From Octopus bimaculoides (Eukaryota), in contig NC_068983.1 in assembly GCF_001194135.2 (NCBI RefSeq), positions 3,197,754 to 3,261,753 on the forward strand: a stretch of 64,000 nucleotides of DNA, written 5' to 3'. The notes under the pieces are model-generated. The model searched no databases. It saw only the letters and a list, made by a program, of their open reading frames with translations, and had not been told where the DNA came from. This document shows, piece by piece, positions 25,281 through 36,000 of this stretch. Position numbers and translations under genes: made by a program. How positions within the stretch are numbered: position 1 is the first letter of the stretch; the number at the start of each line of letters is the position of its first letter.

Positions 25281-25495
25281 GATAAACTTTAAAATGAATA
25301 CAACGCCATACTGCTAACTCAGGGTAAGACTCGATATTACTTTGTAAACCTTCTATATATTTGGTTGTATTTTACGATTGTATAACAAAATACCGATTCC
25401 TTACCAACAATTAAATTGTATACGCTATGTACATACGTATAGGTCCCTTATGGATTTCTATGTATTTGGGCCTTACATTATTCTTGCGTGTGTCG

Positions 25496-25637
25496 TTTTG
25501 AGTTCAAATTCCGCCGAGGTCGACTTTGCTTTCATCCTATGAGGGTCGATAAATTAAGTAGCAGTTGCGTACTGGGGTCGATCTAATCGACAGCCCTTCC
25601 CACAAAATTTCAGGCCTTGTGCCTAGAGTAGAAAAGA
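25496..25637 (+). mobile_element. SINE family A, 5'-truncated
   Basis: GAGTTCAAATTCCGCCGAGGTCGACTTTGC...CAAAATTTCAGGCCTTGTGCCTAGAGTAGAAAAG. Confidence 0.85.
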
Positions 25638-26151
25638 TTATTCTTGCGTGCGCACACGCGCGTATACACGAGAATTCCTCCCCACGAATGTATAGAAAAG
25701 GGCTTACATGGTTGTATGTGTGTGTGTGGATGCATGAACGAAGGTGAACATACGTGTGTGTGTGTGTGTGTGTGCCGTTCCTATACATATGTGTGTGTGT
25801 GCTGTACGTATACATATGTGTGTGTGTGTGTGTGTGTGTGTGCCGTACCTATACATATGTGTGTGTGTGTGTGTATGAAATATTATGTACTCCTAACAAA
25901 CAAGACAATATATACGTGTAGATGTAAGAAGACGAAGATGTTATCACAGCTGATCAACAATATTTTCTTAACAAAAATATCACTAGGGACACCTACCTCT
26001 AACCAATTACTCTACCCCTTAAGCTATCTATTTGTCTTCTCCTCCGTCTATCGATGTATCTAACCCTCAACCTACCTATTTTTTGTCTATCAATCTATCC
26101 AGTTATTTGTTATATATTCACGTATCTACCTGTGTACATATNNNNNNNNNN

Positions 26152-26162
26152 ATCTATCTATT

Positions 26163-26197
<35 letters not shown>

Positions 26198-26226
26198 TTG
26201 TTTGTCTGTCTGTCTATCTATCTATT

Positions 26227-26261
<35 letters not shown>

Positions 26262-26430
26262 TTGTTTGTCAGTCTGTCTATCTATCTATTTGTCTGTCTG
26301 TCTATCTATCTATTGTCTGTTTGTCTGTCTATCTATCTATTGTCTGTCTGTCTGTCTATCTATCTATTGTCTGTATGTCTGTCTATCTATCTATTGTCTG
26401 TCTGTCTATCTATATATTTGTCTGTCTGTC
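26152..26430. repeat. (TCTA/TCTG)n microsatellite array
   Basis: Direct reading. Confidence 0.95.
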
Positions 26431-27100
26431 CTTTTGTCTTTCTAACTAATCAAAAGCATTCAAGTTGTGACCATCCCGTCTTTCTGGAACTACTTAAGAG
26501 TATATTATTGTTCAGCGTTTCCTGTCCTCTTTTAGGATGCTGAGTGGTGGGATATAAGGAAATTTAGTTGCTATTTTTAGCATGCTAAGCGACCACGTAG
26601 TCGTTGTTCTGAGTTGTAGAGCCATTATGCATATATAATTGCCTGGAAATATGAGGGAGGGGGTGACGATCAGGTGCGGTCAGTAACAATTAGTTAAGAG
26701 AAGAATGTATGGAGTTCTAATGGAGGGGAGAATTTGGTGTTTTGGGGGCTCGTCTGAGAGAGAGAGAAAGAGGAGGAGGAAGAATCCAGCTGTAGGAAAA
26801 GGAAACAGGAGATAGTGAGAGAAAAGAGAAAGTTAGAAACAGTGAGACAGAAACGAGGAGGAGTAGGAAGAAGAAGTTGCATAAATAACTAAGTAAATAT
26901 ACAAATATATATATATTTGTATGTACATATATATATATAATAACTATAACTCTCCGCCTATGGATATAATGATCGATTCCTTTACTATTTCTGTCTCCGA
27001 TTAAGGGAAGTTTTGGATCTTCCCAGAAACAGCTGTAAGACTCTATCCATAAAATATATTTCCAGCTTTACCATTACTCTCTTTATCTTTTTATATATTT

Positions 27101-27131
<31 letters not shown>

Positions 27132-27722
27132 NNNNNNNNNNNNNNNNNNNNNNNNNNNNNNNNNNNNNNNNNNNNNNNNNNNNNNNNNNNNNNNNNNNNN
27201 NNNNNNNNNNNNNNNNNNNNNNNNNNNNNNNNNNNNNNNNNNNNNNNNNNNNNNNNNNNNNNNNNNNNNNNNNNNNNNNNNNNNNNNNNNNNNNNNNNNN
27301 NNNNNNNNNNNNNNNNNNNNNNNNNNNNNNNNNNNNNNNNNNNNNNNNNNNNNNNNNNNNNNNNNNNNNNNNNNNNNNNNNNNNNNNNNNNNNNNNNNNN
27401 NNNNNNNNNNNNNNNNNNNNNNNNNNNNNNNNNNNNNNNNNNNNNNNNNNNNNNNNNNNNNNNNNNNNNNNNNNNNNNNNNNNNNNNNNNNNNNNNNNNN
27501 NNNNNNNNNNNNNNNNNNNNNNNNNNNNNNNNNNNNNNNNNNNNNNNNNNNNNNNNNNNNNNNNNNNNNNNNNNNNNNNNNNNNNNNNNNNNNNNNNNNN
27601 NNNNNNNNNNNNNNNNNNNNNNNNNNNNNNNNNNNNNNNNNNNNNNNNNNNNNNNNNNNNNNNNNNNNNNNNNNNNNNNNNNNNNNNNNNNNNNNNNNNN
27701 NNNNNNNNNNNNNNNNNNNNNT

Positions 27723-27761
<39 letters not shown>

Positions 27762-28074
27762 GTCACGTCAGAATAATAAAGTACAGACTTACTTGCAAAA
27801 AAGGACGTGTGCGTTCAATAATGTAATAATACAAAGAATATATATACATGTATACACACATATATGTACATACTTACATCTACATGTGTATATATATGCA
27901 TATCAGGGTACAGGACGTTAGAACAATTAACTACAAACAACGGAACGAACACATAGGAAAACGGAAAGCCACTTGGAATATTCCTTCATCAGCTGCCTCT
28001 ATTCTAACTTGACGTTTCGAAGATAAGGCAGACCGTACTCTAGAATAGTCTCTTCCTGAGTAATATATATATAT

Positions 28075-28293
28075 GGCGGCGAGCTGGCAGAATGGTTAGC
28101 ACGCCGGGCGAAATGCTCAGCGGTATTTCGTCTGCTGTTACGTTCACATTCCGCCGAGGTCGACTTTGCCTTTCATCCTTTCGGGGTCGATAAATTAAGT
28201 ACCAGTTACACACTGGTGTCGATGTAATCGACTTAATCCCTCTGTCTGTCCTTGTTTGCCCCTTCTGCGTTTAGCTCCCTGTGGGCAATAAAG
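28075..28293 (+). mobile_element. SINE family A, near full length (tail type 1), inserted in (TA)n
   Basis: GGCGGCGAGCTGGCAGAATGGTTAGCACGCCGGGCG...GTGGGCAATAAAG. Confidence 0.9.
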
Positions 28294-28776
28294 ATATATA
28301 TATATGTAATATATATGTATATAAATTCATTTAGCCATTTATATTTATATATATACATATATACACATATGTATATATAAATATATATCTATGTATGTAT
28401 GTATGCATGTACGTATGTACACTATCGTTTTCTCATTAAGTTTTGAATTATGCCGTGTAATGACGTAGCATAGTAGTATTTTGCAGTTGATCCACGTTAT
28501 AAATGCATGGCAAGTCGGCGAACGAATGTTGTATCTGTATGGCCAGGGTTAGAGTCGTGGATGCTATACATCGTCACATTTCAATTGATATTTTAAAATC
28601 ATATTGACCATTTGTAACATATCCAGAGATTGTAGCTTGCAGTCATAATATTAGTCTATCTGTAATGTTTATATTTAACCATTATCGATGAATAGATTCG
28701 ATATATTTTGTGTTCCGTTTTAATTATAACAAGTAAAGGATAAAAAATAAAAGATCACTTCTGCCGCCAGTATATA

Positions 28777-29657
28777 GGAGGTTTGATCAATAAGTATCCG
28801 GACTGTTGCCATAGTAACGAAGCTAAAGCATCCAGTGTAAAACCTCTAGGGATAGAGTGACCTTGAAATCTGTTGTGCATGTGCAATAAGTTTAACGTTC
28901 TAGCTCACTTCCGCTGTTTATAGCAGTGCTTGAAGGGAAGGTGCGTAGCGTGTGATCGTCGCATTGACCATGACAGAGAAAGTTGTCATGGCGAAACTTG
29001 CTCAGAGGCTTACGCAAAGTCTCAGAAAGTATATGGAGAAGAGTGTATGTGGTGCACACAAGTGTACGAGTGGTTCAGACGTTTCCAAGATGGTCGCAAA
29101 AATATCGAGTGACGAATGTTCTGGAAGACCCGCAACTAGCAGAACTCAGAAAAACATCGCAGATGCGCGTGCAGCTGTGAGAAGAAATCGTCGAATCACC
29201 ATCCGTGGGTTATCAGAGGATGTGCAGGTTAGTTACGGTTCAGTTCAGTCCATTATCACTGAAGATTTAGGTATGAGACGCGTGTCTGCCAAGTTTGTGC
29301 CGAAACTGCTTTCAGCTGACCAAAAGGACACTCGGGTTTCAGTTGCACAAGATCTCCTTGATTGTTTCGAGAACGATGAAAACTTTGCGTAGGCCTCTGG
29401 GCAGGTATCGCCAAATTTTTGGCAAAATTTGATGCAGATTCTCTGCTCAACTTTCTCTGTCATGATCAATGCGACAATCACACGCTGCACACCTTCCTTC
29501 CAAGCACTGCTGTAAACAGCAGAAGTAAGCTAGAGCGTTAAAACTTAGTGCACATGCACAGCAGAGTTCAAGCTCAATCTGTGTCAAGCGGTTTTACTCT
29601 GCGTGTTTTAGCTTTGTTACTATGGCAACAGTCCGGCTACTTATTGATCAGACCACA
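28777..29657. mobile_element. Mariner-derived foldback element (internally deleted transposase; 5' region duplicated in inverted orientation)
   Basis: TA|GGAGGTTTGATCAATAAGTA...TACTTATTGATCAGACCACA|TA; arms 28777-29020 and 29382-29657; internal mariner N-terminus EKVEQRICIKFC, QVYEWFRRF, SGRP.TSRT, NRRITIR, LGMRRVSAKFVPKLL; no DDD domain. Confidence 0.9.
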
Positions 29658-30000
29658 TATGCATTTACCAAATACTTTTTTATTGGAGGTTTGCTGATTT
29701 CCAATAAGTTAGTGTCTGGTGTATTCAATGCATGGAGCTACTTTTATTATCCTTATTGTTGATTTTAATATTATTATTGTCGTCGTTGTTGTTTGAACTC
29801 CTGGAGTCTCTTGCCTGGGTAATTGGCTTGCTACCTACAGCCTACGGTACATTACTATTTGTCGACTTTGTCTTTTCATCCTTTCGGAATCGATGAAGTA
29901 AGTAACATGAGCGCTGGATCGATGTAATCGGCTGCCCCACCCATGCTCTAAAACTTACCGCTCTTGGAGCCAAAATCCTAATGAATCATTATTATTAACG

Positions 30001-30320
30001 TTATTATTATTCAGTCCTATATTTAAGAGATGAGGAATTATGTACATTATTTACATTTGACGGATATTTGTCCTCATCTTGTTTGTTAACACAACGTTTC
30101 GGCTGATATACCCTCCAGCCTTCATCAGGTGTTTTGGGGAAATTTCGAACCTGGGCTCTCATTCCTAAGGTATTTTTTGATATTATCATTATTATTATTG
30201 TTGTTGTTATTATTATTATTGTCATCATCATTATTATTCAGGTCACTGCCTGGAATCGAACTCGGAATCTTGGGGTTAGTAGCCCGCGCTCTTAACGACT
30301 ACGCCATATGCCCGTGGGCA
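30001..30320 (-). mobile_element. tRNA-headed SINE-like element (family D) carrying a hammerhead ribozyme
   Basis: Minus strand: GGGCATATGGCGTAGTCGTTAAGAGCG (A box), GGG-CTACTAA-CCC anticodon-like arm, GAGTTCGATTCC (B box), then (AAT)n, a unique 3' domain with the hammerhead, then an (AAT)n tail. Confidence 0.75.
30088..30133 (-). ncRNA. Minimal type I hammerhead ribozyme
   Basis: AACAC-CTGATGA-A-GGCTG(gagggtatat)CAGCC-GAAAC-GTT^GTGTT: 5-bp helix I, 5-bp helix II, palindromic AACGTT helix III, intact core with one extra A after A9. Confidence 0.8.
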
Positions 30321-30414
<94 letters not shown>

Positions 30415-30691
30415 GAGTTTGATCAACTAACTTATTCCTAAACCATTTGTTGATTGGTGTTTATTATGTGGCTATATTTGATGGAGTGTGTCATTGTGTG
30501 GTTTTTGGAAGGGCGCTAGGATAACTGTTGTCGAAAGGATATCACGGCTGACATATTATATCTGTGTGAATGTTCACTCTTTCAGTCGGAGTACAGGCAT
30601 TAATTTGTGCCCGTAGAGCAAACGGACGTGATATATTACACCATGGATACGCGCACTTTCACACGCATGTTTGTATGCATGTATGTAGACA

Positions 30692-30733
<42 letters not shown>

Positions 30734-30749
30734 ACACACATACACACAC

Positions 30750-30795
<46 letters not shown>

Positions 30796-31335
30796 TCACA
30801 GACAAACACACACACATATAAATAAAGTATATATGCATATGTATGCACACACACACACACACACACATACACACACATACAAACACCTATACACACATAT
30901 GCCCATACACTCACACATACACACACACATATATACACATAGCATAGACCAGCCTCGAGGCAATAGACACCTTACGTCGGAATATTATGTTAGACAGACA
31001 GACAGACAGACAGACAGATAAAATAAATCCTTTGGGCCCTGACCGTACTACGGGAGCCATCCACCGGTAAACCGGTGTTACGAGTTCAAAGCGTTAAAGA
31101 GACAAAGACTTCAAAAGTCTCCCAGTAGAATAATTGTTCCAAAGAAACAATTCTTTACGGTACCAAAGCTTTGGCTTGCCTCCAATTGACTGATAAAATT
31201 AAAGAGAGCTGAACAACAGACACACTTGGGAGCATTAATCCAGGGGTTTAAACGGTATCGACTTTACATCAGCTTTGTTCAGATTATGAGCAATAACCCG
31301 TTCAAGGGGCAATTCGAGACTATCGCCATGTCTCT

Positions 31336-31568
31336 AGGCGACGAGCTGGCAGAAACGTTAGCACGCCGGGCGAAATGCTTAGCGGTATTTCGTCTGCCGC
31401 TACGCTCTGAGTTCAAATTCCGCCGAGGTCGACTTTGCCTTTCATCCTTTCGGGGTCGATTAAATTAGTACCAGTTACGCACTGGGGTCGATATAATCGA
31501 CTTAATCCATTTGTCTCTCCTTGTTTGTCCCCTCTGTGTGTAGCCCCTTGTGAGCAATAAAGAAATAA
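31336..31568 (+). mobile_element. SINE family A, full length, with a 16-bp target-site duplication
   Basis: Near-consensus copy; GAGACTATCGCCATGT at 31316-31331 and 31569-31584. Confidence 0.92.
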
Positions 31569-31649
31569 GAGACTATCGCCATGTTAGTAGTGTCTGTCGG
31601 AGGATGTATTGCTGTCCACACTCCAAGGGCTTGTAGTGTGTGTACGTGT

Positions 31650-31870
31650 ACGTGTGTGTGCGTGATTGTCCTCTATGGTTTGAGAACTGTTGTTGGTTTG
31701 TTTACATTCCCATAACTTAGTGATTTGGCGAAAGTGACTGATAGAATAAGTACGAAACCTCAAAAAATAAAAAGAAAAAGAACTGTTCTTGGGTCAGTGT
31801 TTTCAAGCAAAAATTCTTCAAGGCGGTGCCCCAGCATGGCCGCAGTCCAATAATGAAACAAGTAAAAAGA
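31650..31870 (+). mobile_element. SINE family B 3' half
   Basis: CATAACTTAG...GATAGAATAAGTAC...AAGGCGGTGCCCCAGCATGGCCGCAGTC...GAAACAAGTAAAAAG. Confidence 0.8.
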
Positions 31871-31940
31871 TGATCGAAATATAACGTACAACGCGCATCT
31901 CAATAGCAAAAATGAGAAAATAGAAGTCCACGCGAAATAT

Positions 31941-32349
31941 TTACTCTTTTACTTGTTTCAGTCATTTGACTGCAGCCATGCTGGAGCACCGCCTTTAGTC
32001 GAACAGTTCAACCCCAGAGCTTATTCTTTGTAAGCCTAGTACTTATTCTATCGGTTACTTTAGCCGAACCGCTAGATTTCGGGGACGTAAACACACCGGC
32101 ATCGATTATCAAGTGATGGTGGGGCGAACAAACACAGACACACAAACATATACACACACACACACATACATACATATACATATATACGACGGTCTTCTTC
32201 CAGTTTCCATCTACCAAATCCACTCACAAGGCTTTGGTCGGCCCGAGGCTATAGTAGAAGACACTTGCCCAAAGTGCCACGCGGTGGGATGAACCCGGGA
32301 CCATGTGGTTGGTAAGCGAGCTACTTAACACACAGCCACGCCTGCGCCT
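31941..32349 (-). mobile_element. tRNA-derived SINE family B, full length
   Basis: Minus strand: GGCGCAGGCGTGGCTGTG (A box)...CCGGGTTCATCCC (B box), central GGCACTTTGGGCAAGTGTCTTCTACTATAGCCTCGGGCCGACC domain, internal (TA/TG)n, tail GGCGGTGCTCCAGCATGGC...GACTGAAACAAGTAAAAG. Confidence 0.9.
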
Positions 32350-32519
32350 AATATATTAGAATTAAAGAAAGGAAAATAAATGGGAAACTTAAATAAAAGA
32401 GAAGGAAAAGAAAAGGTTTCTATATTTCGAAGAAACGAAACATTGACAGGAAAGAAGAATGTTAACATGGATGGGAAAAGGAAAAGCGACAACCAGAGAC
32501 ATATGGACACATGATACAG

Positions 32520-32702
32520 GAGGATAAATATTGTGTGCGTGTGTGTGTGAGAGAGTTTATGTGGGGGGGGGAGAAGGAGCTTGTGTGTGAGTGTTTGTGT
32601 GTAGGGGAGACAGAGCGTTTGCGTGTGTGTGTGTTTGTGTGAGTGTGCATGAGAGAGATAGAGCTTGTTTGTGAGTGTTTGTGGGTGGGTGTGAGAGGAA
32701 GC

Positions 32703-32780
<78 letters not shown>

Positions 32781-32840
32781 CTTGCGCGCGCGTGTGTGTG
32801 TGTGTGTACGTGTAAGAGAGATAGTGCTTGTTTGTGTGTA

Positions 32841-32876
<36 letters not shown>

Positions 32877-32980
32877 TGTGTGTGTGAGAGAGAGAGACAG
32901 AGCTTGTTTGTGTGTGCGTGTGTGTTTGTGTGTGCGTGTGTTTGTGTGTGCGTGTGTGTTTGTGTGTGTGTGTGTGTATT
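32520..32980. repeat. Compound (GT/GA/GC)n microsatellite
   Basis: Direct reading; explains the HTHT and CVCV ORFs. Confidence 0.95.
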
Positions 32981-33180
32981 TGTCCCCACAACCGCTTCGC
33001 AACTGGTATTGGTGTGCTTATGGCCCTGTAACTTAGCGGTTCGGCCTAAGAGAACGACAGAATAAGTACTAAGCTTTAATAAATCAAGTTCTGGGTCCGA
33101 TTTGTTCAACTAAACCCTCGAAGGTGGTGCCCCAGCATGGCCGCAATCTAATGACTGAAACAAGGGAAAGAGAAAAAATA
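32965..33180 (+). mobile_element. SINE family B 3' half
   Basis: CCTGTAACTTAGCGGTTCGGC...GAATAAGTAC...GGTGGTGCCCCAGCATGGCCGC...GACTGAAACAAG. Confidence 0.85.
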
Positions 33181-33566
33181 AAAGATGTATGTATGTATGT
33201 ATGTATGTATGTGTGTGTCTATACGCAATCACACGCAAAATGTATGAACCAACGTGCGCACATGCATTTCCACATGTCCGAAATAATGAAGCTGATCATA
33301 ATGCCGTACATATATTCTGGTGTGTATAAAGTATACACTGCTGAAATATATATGATAAAATGAGATGAACCGAGATGGATTTCACATATAAAATATATAT
33401 ACCACACATGATATTTAAACTTTAGATACATCTGTTAAAACGTATGGATTACATAGAGATATCATAGATTGGGCAACACAGACTCATACATGTACACAGA
33501 CATTCACTCCCATATATATGTGTGTGTGTGTGTGTATGTATTATGTATGTGTGTCTATGTATAAAG

Positions 33567-33608
<42 letters not shown>

Positions 33609-33697
33609 TAAAGGATTGTGGGTAAGGCCAAAACAATGCGAAGTAAATGCAAGGTAAAGCACAAGAAAATGAATATATGAATTAATGTAGACTTGTG

Positions 33698-33733
33698 TTC
33701 AATATTTCGGGGGTTTGACCCCATTTTCAAGAA
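33698..33733 (-). ncRNA. Candidate U3-A8 variant type I hammerhead (left-arm copy)
   Basis: TTC-TTGAAAA-T-GGGG(tcaaac)CCCC-GAAAT-ATT^GAA. Confidence 0.5.
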
Positions 33734-33765
33734 ACTGGCGAATGTTATCGCCAACTTTCGTCAAT

Positions 33766-33801
33766 TTCTTGAAAATGGGGTGATAACCCCGAAATATTGA
33801 A
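33766..33801 (+). ncRNA. Candidate U3-A8 variant type I hammerhead (right-arm copy)
   Basis: TTC-TTGAAAA-T-GGGGT(gata)ACCCC-GAAAT-ATT^GAA; palindromic AATATT helix III. Confidence 0.5.
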
Positions 33802-34029
33802 TACAAGTCTACATTAATTCATATATTCATTTTCTTGTGATTTACCTTGCATTTACTTCCCATTGCTTTGGCCTTACCCACGATCTTTTATACAACATGT
33901 GTGTGTGTGTGTGTGTGTGTACACATTAAAATAAAAATGGAGAATTATTCATCTGCACAGTTCTTTTTTTTTTCACTACTACAGTTTTGTATTCATCCTT
34001 TTATTCTCTTTAAACTTCCGTCCGAGTTA

Positions 34030-34241
34030 TCTTGTTACATGGTGCCCATTTGCATCCTGTTGGTTTGGCTTCATCCAGATTTCATCCTGGTTAAAATCGC
34101 AGCCATGCAGCATTATTAGACATGTTGCCACTAGAAGACATGTTGCCACTAGACATGTTGCCACTAGAAGAGTTTGAAGCGAACTTTTCAAAGAGAACGC
34201 AGCCGGACCAACAGGATGTAAATGGACACCACATAACAAGA
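34030..34241. mobile_element. MITE with about 43-bp imperfect TIRs and TA flanks
   Basis: TA|TCTTGTTACATGGTGCCCATTTGCATCCTGTTGGTTTGGCT ... AGCCGGACCAACAGGATGTAAATGGACACCACATAACAAGA|TA; internal triple AGACATGTTGCCACT. Confidence 0.75.
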
Positions 34242-34324
34242 TACTTATGCAACAGAAACATATGCTGGACAGAGGATTAGAGAGAAAATACTGCAGTAAA
34301 GACTACAATGATAATAATAAGAAG

Positions 34325-34930
34325 AAGAAGAAGAAGAAGAAGAAGAATTGCCTGGATGCAATACCAGGCAGTGACTCTGATGGCTTCTAATCTTAACTGG
34401 TTGGAAGTGTTATCATGTACATTGTTTTGTCTCGGTGTAAAATATGGACTACAGCAAATATTCTGCTCAATACCACAGATTTGCTTGTCAGTTGTTTGAC
34501 CTTAACCAGTTGAGCATGTCCCTTGGTGGCTGACGATATGTGCATCTCTGATCATGAGCAGAAGTAGTGGGGGAGCATCATAGCCATGTGTTGAGAGGAA
34601 TTCTTTGGGGTTTGAATAATTCACCTTTGGAAACATGGGTGTTTTGCTCAACATCCTTAAACAACCCTTATTCAGGGACCTTTTGAGCAGGATGGGCTAC
34701 TCGACCTGAAGAAAATTCTAATTGGGCCCCAACTACAAGGTCATGCACTGTTTACCTTGATATGAGATCACCATGTCATGCACATTCGGTTGTGACGCAT
34801 GTGCCTGGTGCACCCTTATCAGACGGGTAGTCGTGATAGGTATAACGAGCTTAGTATATTTCACCCCAGAGTTACTTTGATAGCATACACTGATCTCTCA
34901 CTAAATAATAATAATAATTAATAATAATTA
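34325..34930 (+). repeat. Probable retroposon 3' region of unknown class
   Basis: About 570 bp of complex sequence between a (GAA)n run and an (AAT)n tail; only one copy in the window, so the repeat status is inferred. Confidence 0.4.
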
Positions 34931-35567
34931 ATAATAATAATAATAATAATAACAGCTGTGTAGATGTACAATGCTCTCCTTTTATTTTGATGTCTTGAAT
35001 ATACACTCTGTCAACTGTTTATAATCCAATGAAGCGAACTCAGGATTCAGCCATCGGGGGAAATTCTGTGTGGTTATTTACCGTAAATAATCCCCATCTA
35101 TGCCATATCATTCGATGTGGTTAGCCAGAATTTGGATTATTTGGATTATACAAGAGTACTTGAACGGTAGCTGTCTGGATCTATTACCCCTATCCATTGT
35201 GGGTTCTTATTTCTTTGTCCTCGGGGACAATGTATGTACGTATGTATGATAAACACAAAATGCTGTTTATACCATTTGATTCCTATGCACGTTTTGCTAT
35301 TGTGACTGTTTGCATTTATGCTGCGGCTGTTCTTCTTAGCACACTTGGATGAAGATCCATAACGGTTCTACAGGCGAACGGAAGTGAAATAGCTTTAAAT
35401 TAAAATCGCCGTCTGATACATCAAACTAAATGTATGTACACCGTTGAAAGGCAGTCACTGCAGCAAAGGCGTTCGCCTCGCTCCGATAGATATTGTGTTT
35501 CTAATACATGTCTACGAAGCGATTTTGTCTCAGGCAAAAAACTACAGCATCATATATACATACATAT

Positions 35568-35619
<52 letters not shown>

Positions 35620-35699
35620 AAGCATTCAGGCGTTTAACTCGTCTGTAAATGGAAATTGCTCAAATGGCACCGAATTTTTGCTGGCATATAACGAAAACG

Positions 35700-36000
35700 C
35701 ATGACTCACAATCATGAGGTATTGAGTTTGATTACCAGAATGAGCTGTGTGTTGTGTTCTTGAGCAAGACACTTTATTTCACGTTACTCAGCTGTAGAAA
35801 TGAATTGCGACGCCACCGGTGCCAAGTTGCATCGGCCCCTTCGCCTTTCCCTTGGATAACATCAGTAGCATGGACAGGGGAGGCTGGTGTGCATGGGCGA
35901 CTGATGGTCTTCCACAATCAACTTTGCCCGGACTTGTGCCTCGGAGGGAAACTTTCTAAATGCAATCCTATGGTCATTCATGACCGAAGGGGGTCTTTAT
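35700..36000 (+). mobile_element. Third SINE family (V/Meta-core-like central domain)
   Basis: Decayed tRNA-like head, then GTGTTCTTGAGCAAGACACTTTATTTCAC, resembling the conserved CCTTGAGCAAG.CACTT central SINE domain. Confidence 0.55.

Larger units (their letters stand above)
33609..33889. repeat. Long foldback (about 125-bp arms) with a hammerhead-like motif in each arm
   Basis: GTGGGTAAGGCCAAA...CAAGAAA is inverted as TTTCTTG...TTTGGCCTTACCCAC with few mismatches and a spacer of about 30 nt. Confidence 0.9.

Noticed and set aside
30239-30320. tRNA-like sequence (and the heads of SINE A and B)
   Set aside because: Acceptor and T stems do not pair properly; these are SINE heads, not functional tRNA genes.
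32325-33109. ORFs of 100-225 aa rich in HT, CV, YI, LS or RE dipeptides throughout the window
   Set aside because: Translations of (CA)n, (TA)n, (GA)n and (TCTA)n microsatellites; no coding evidence.
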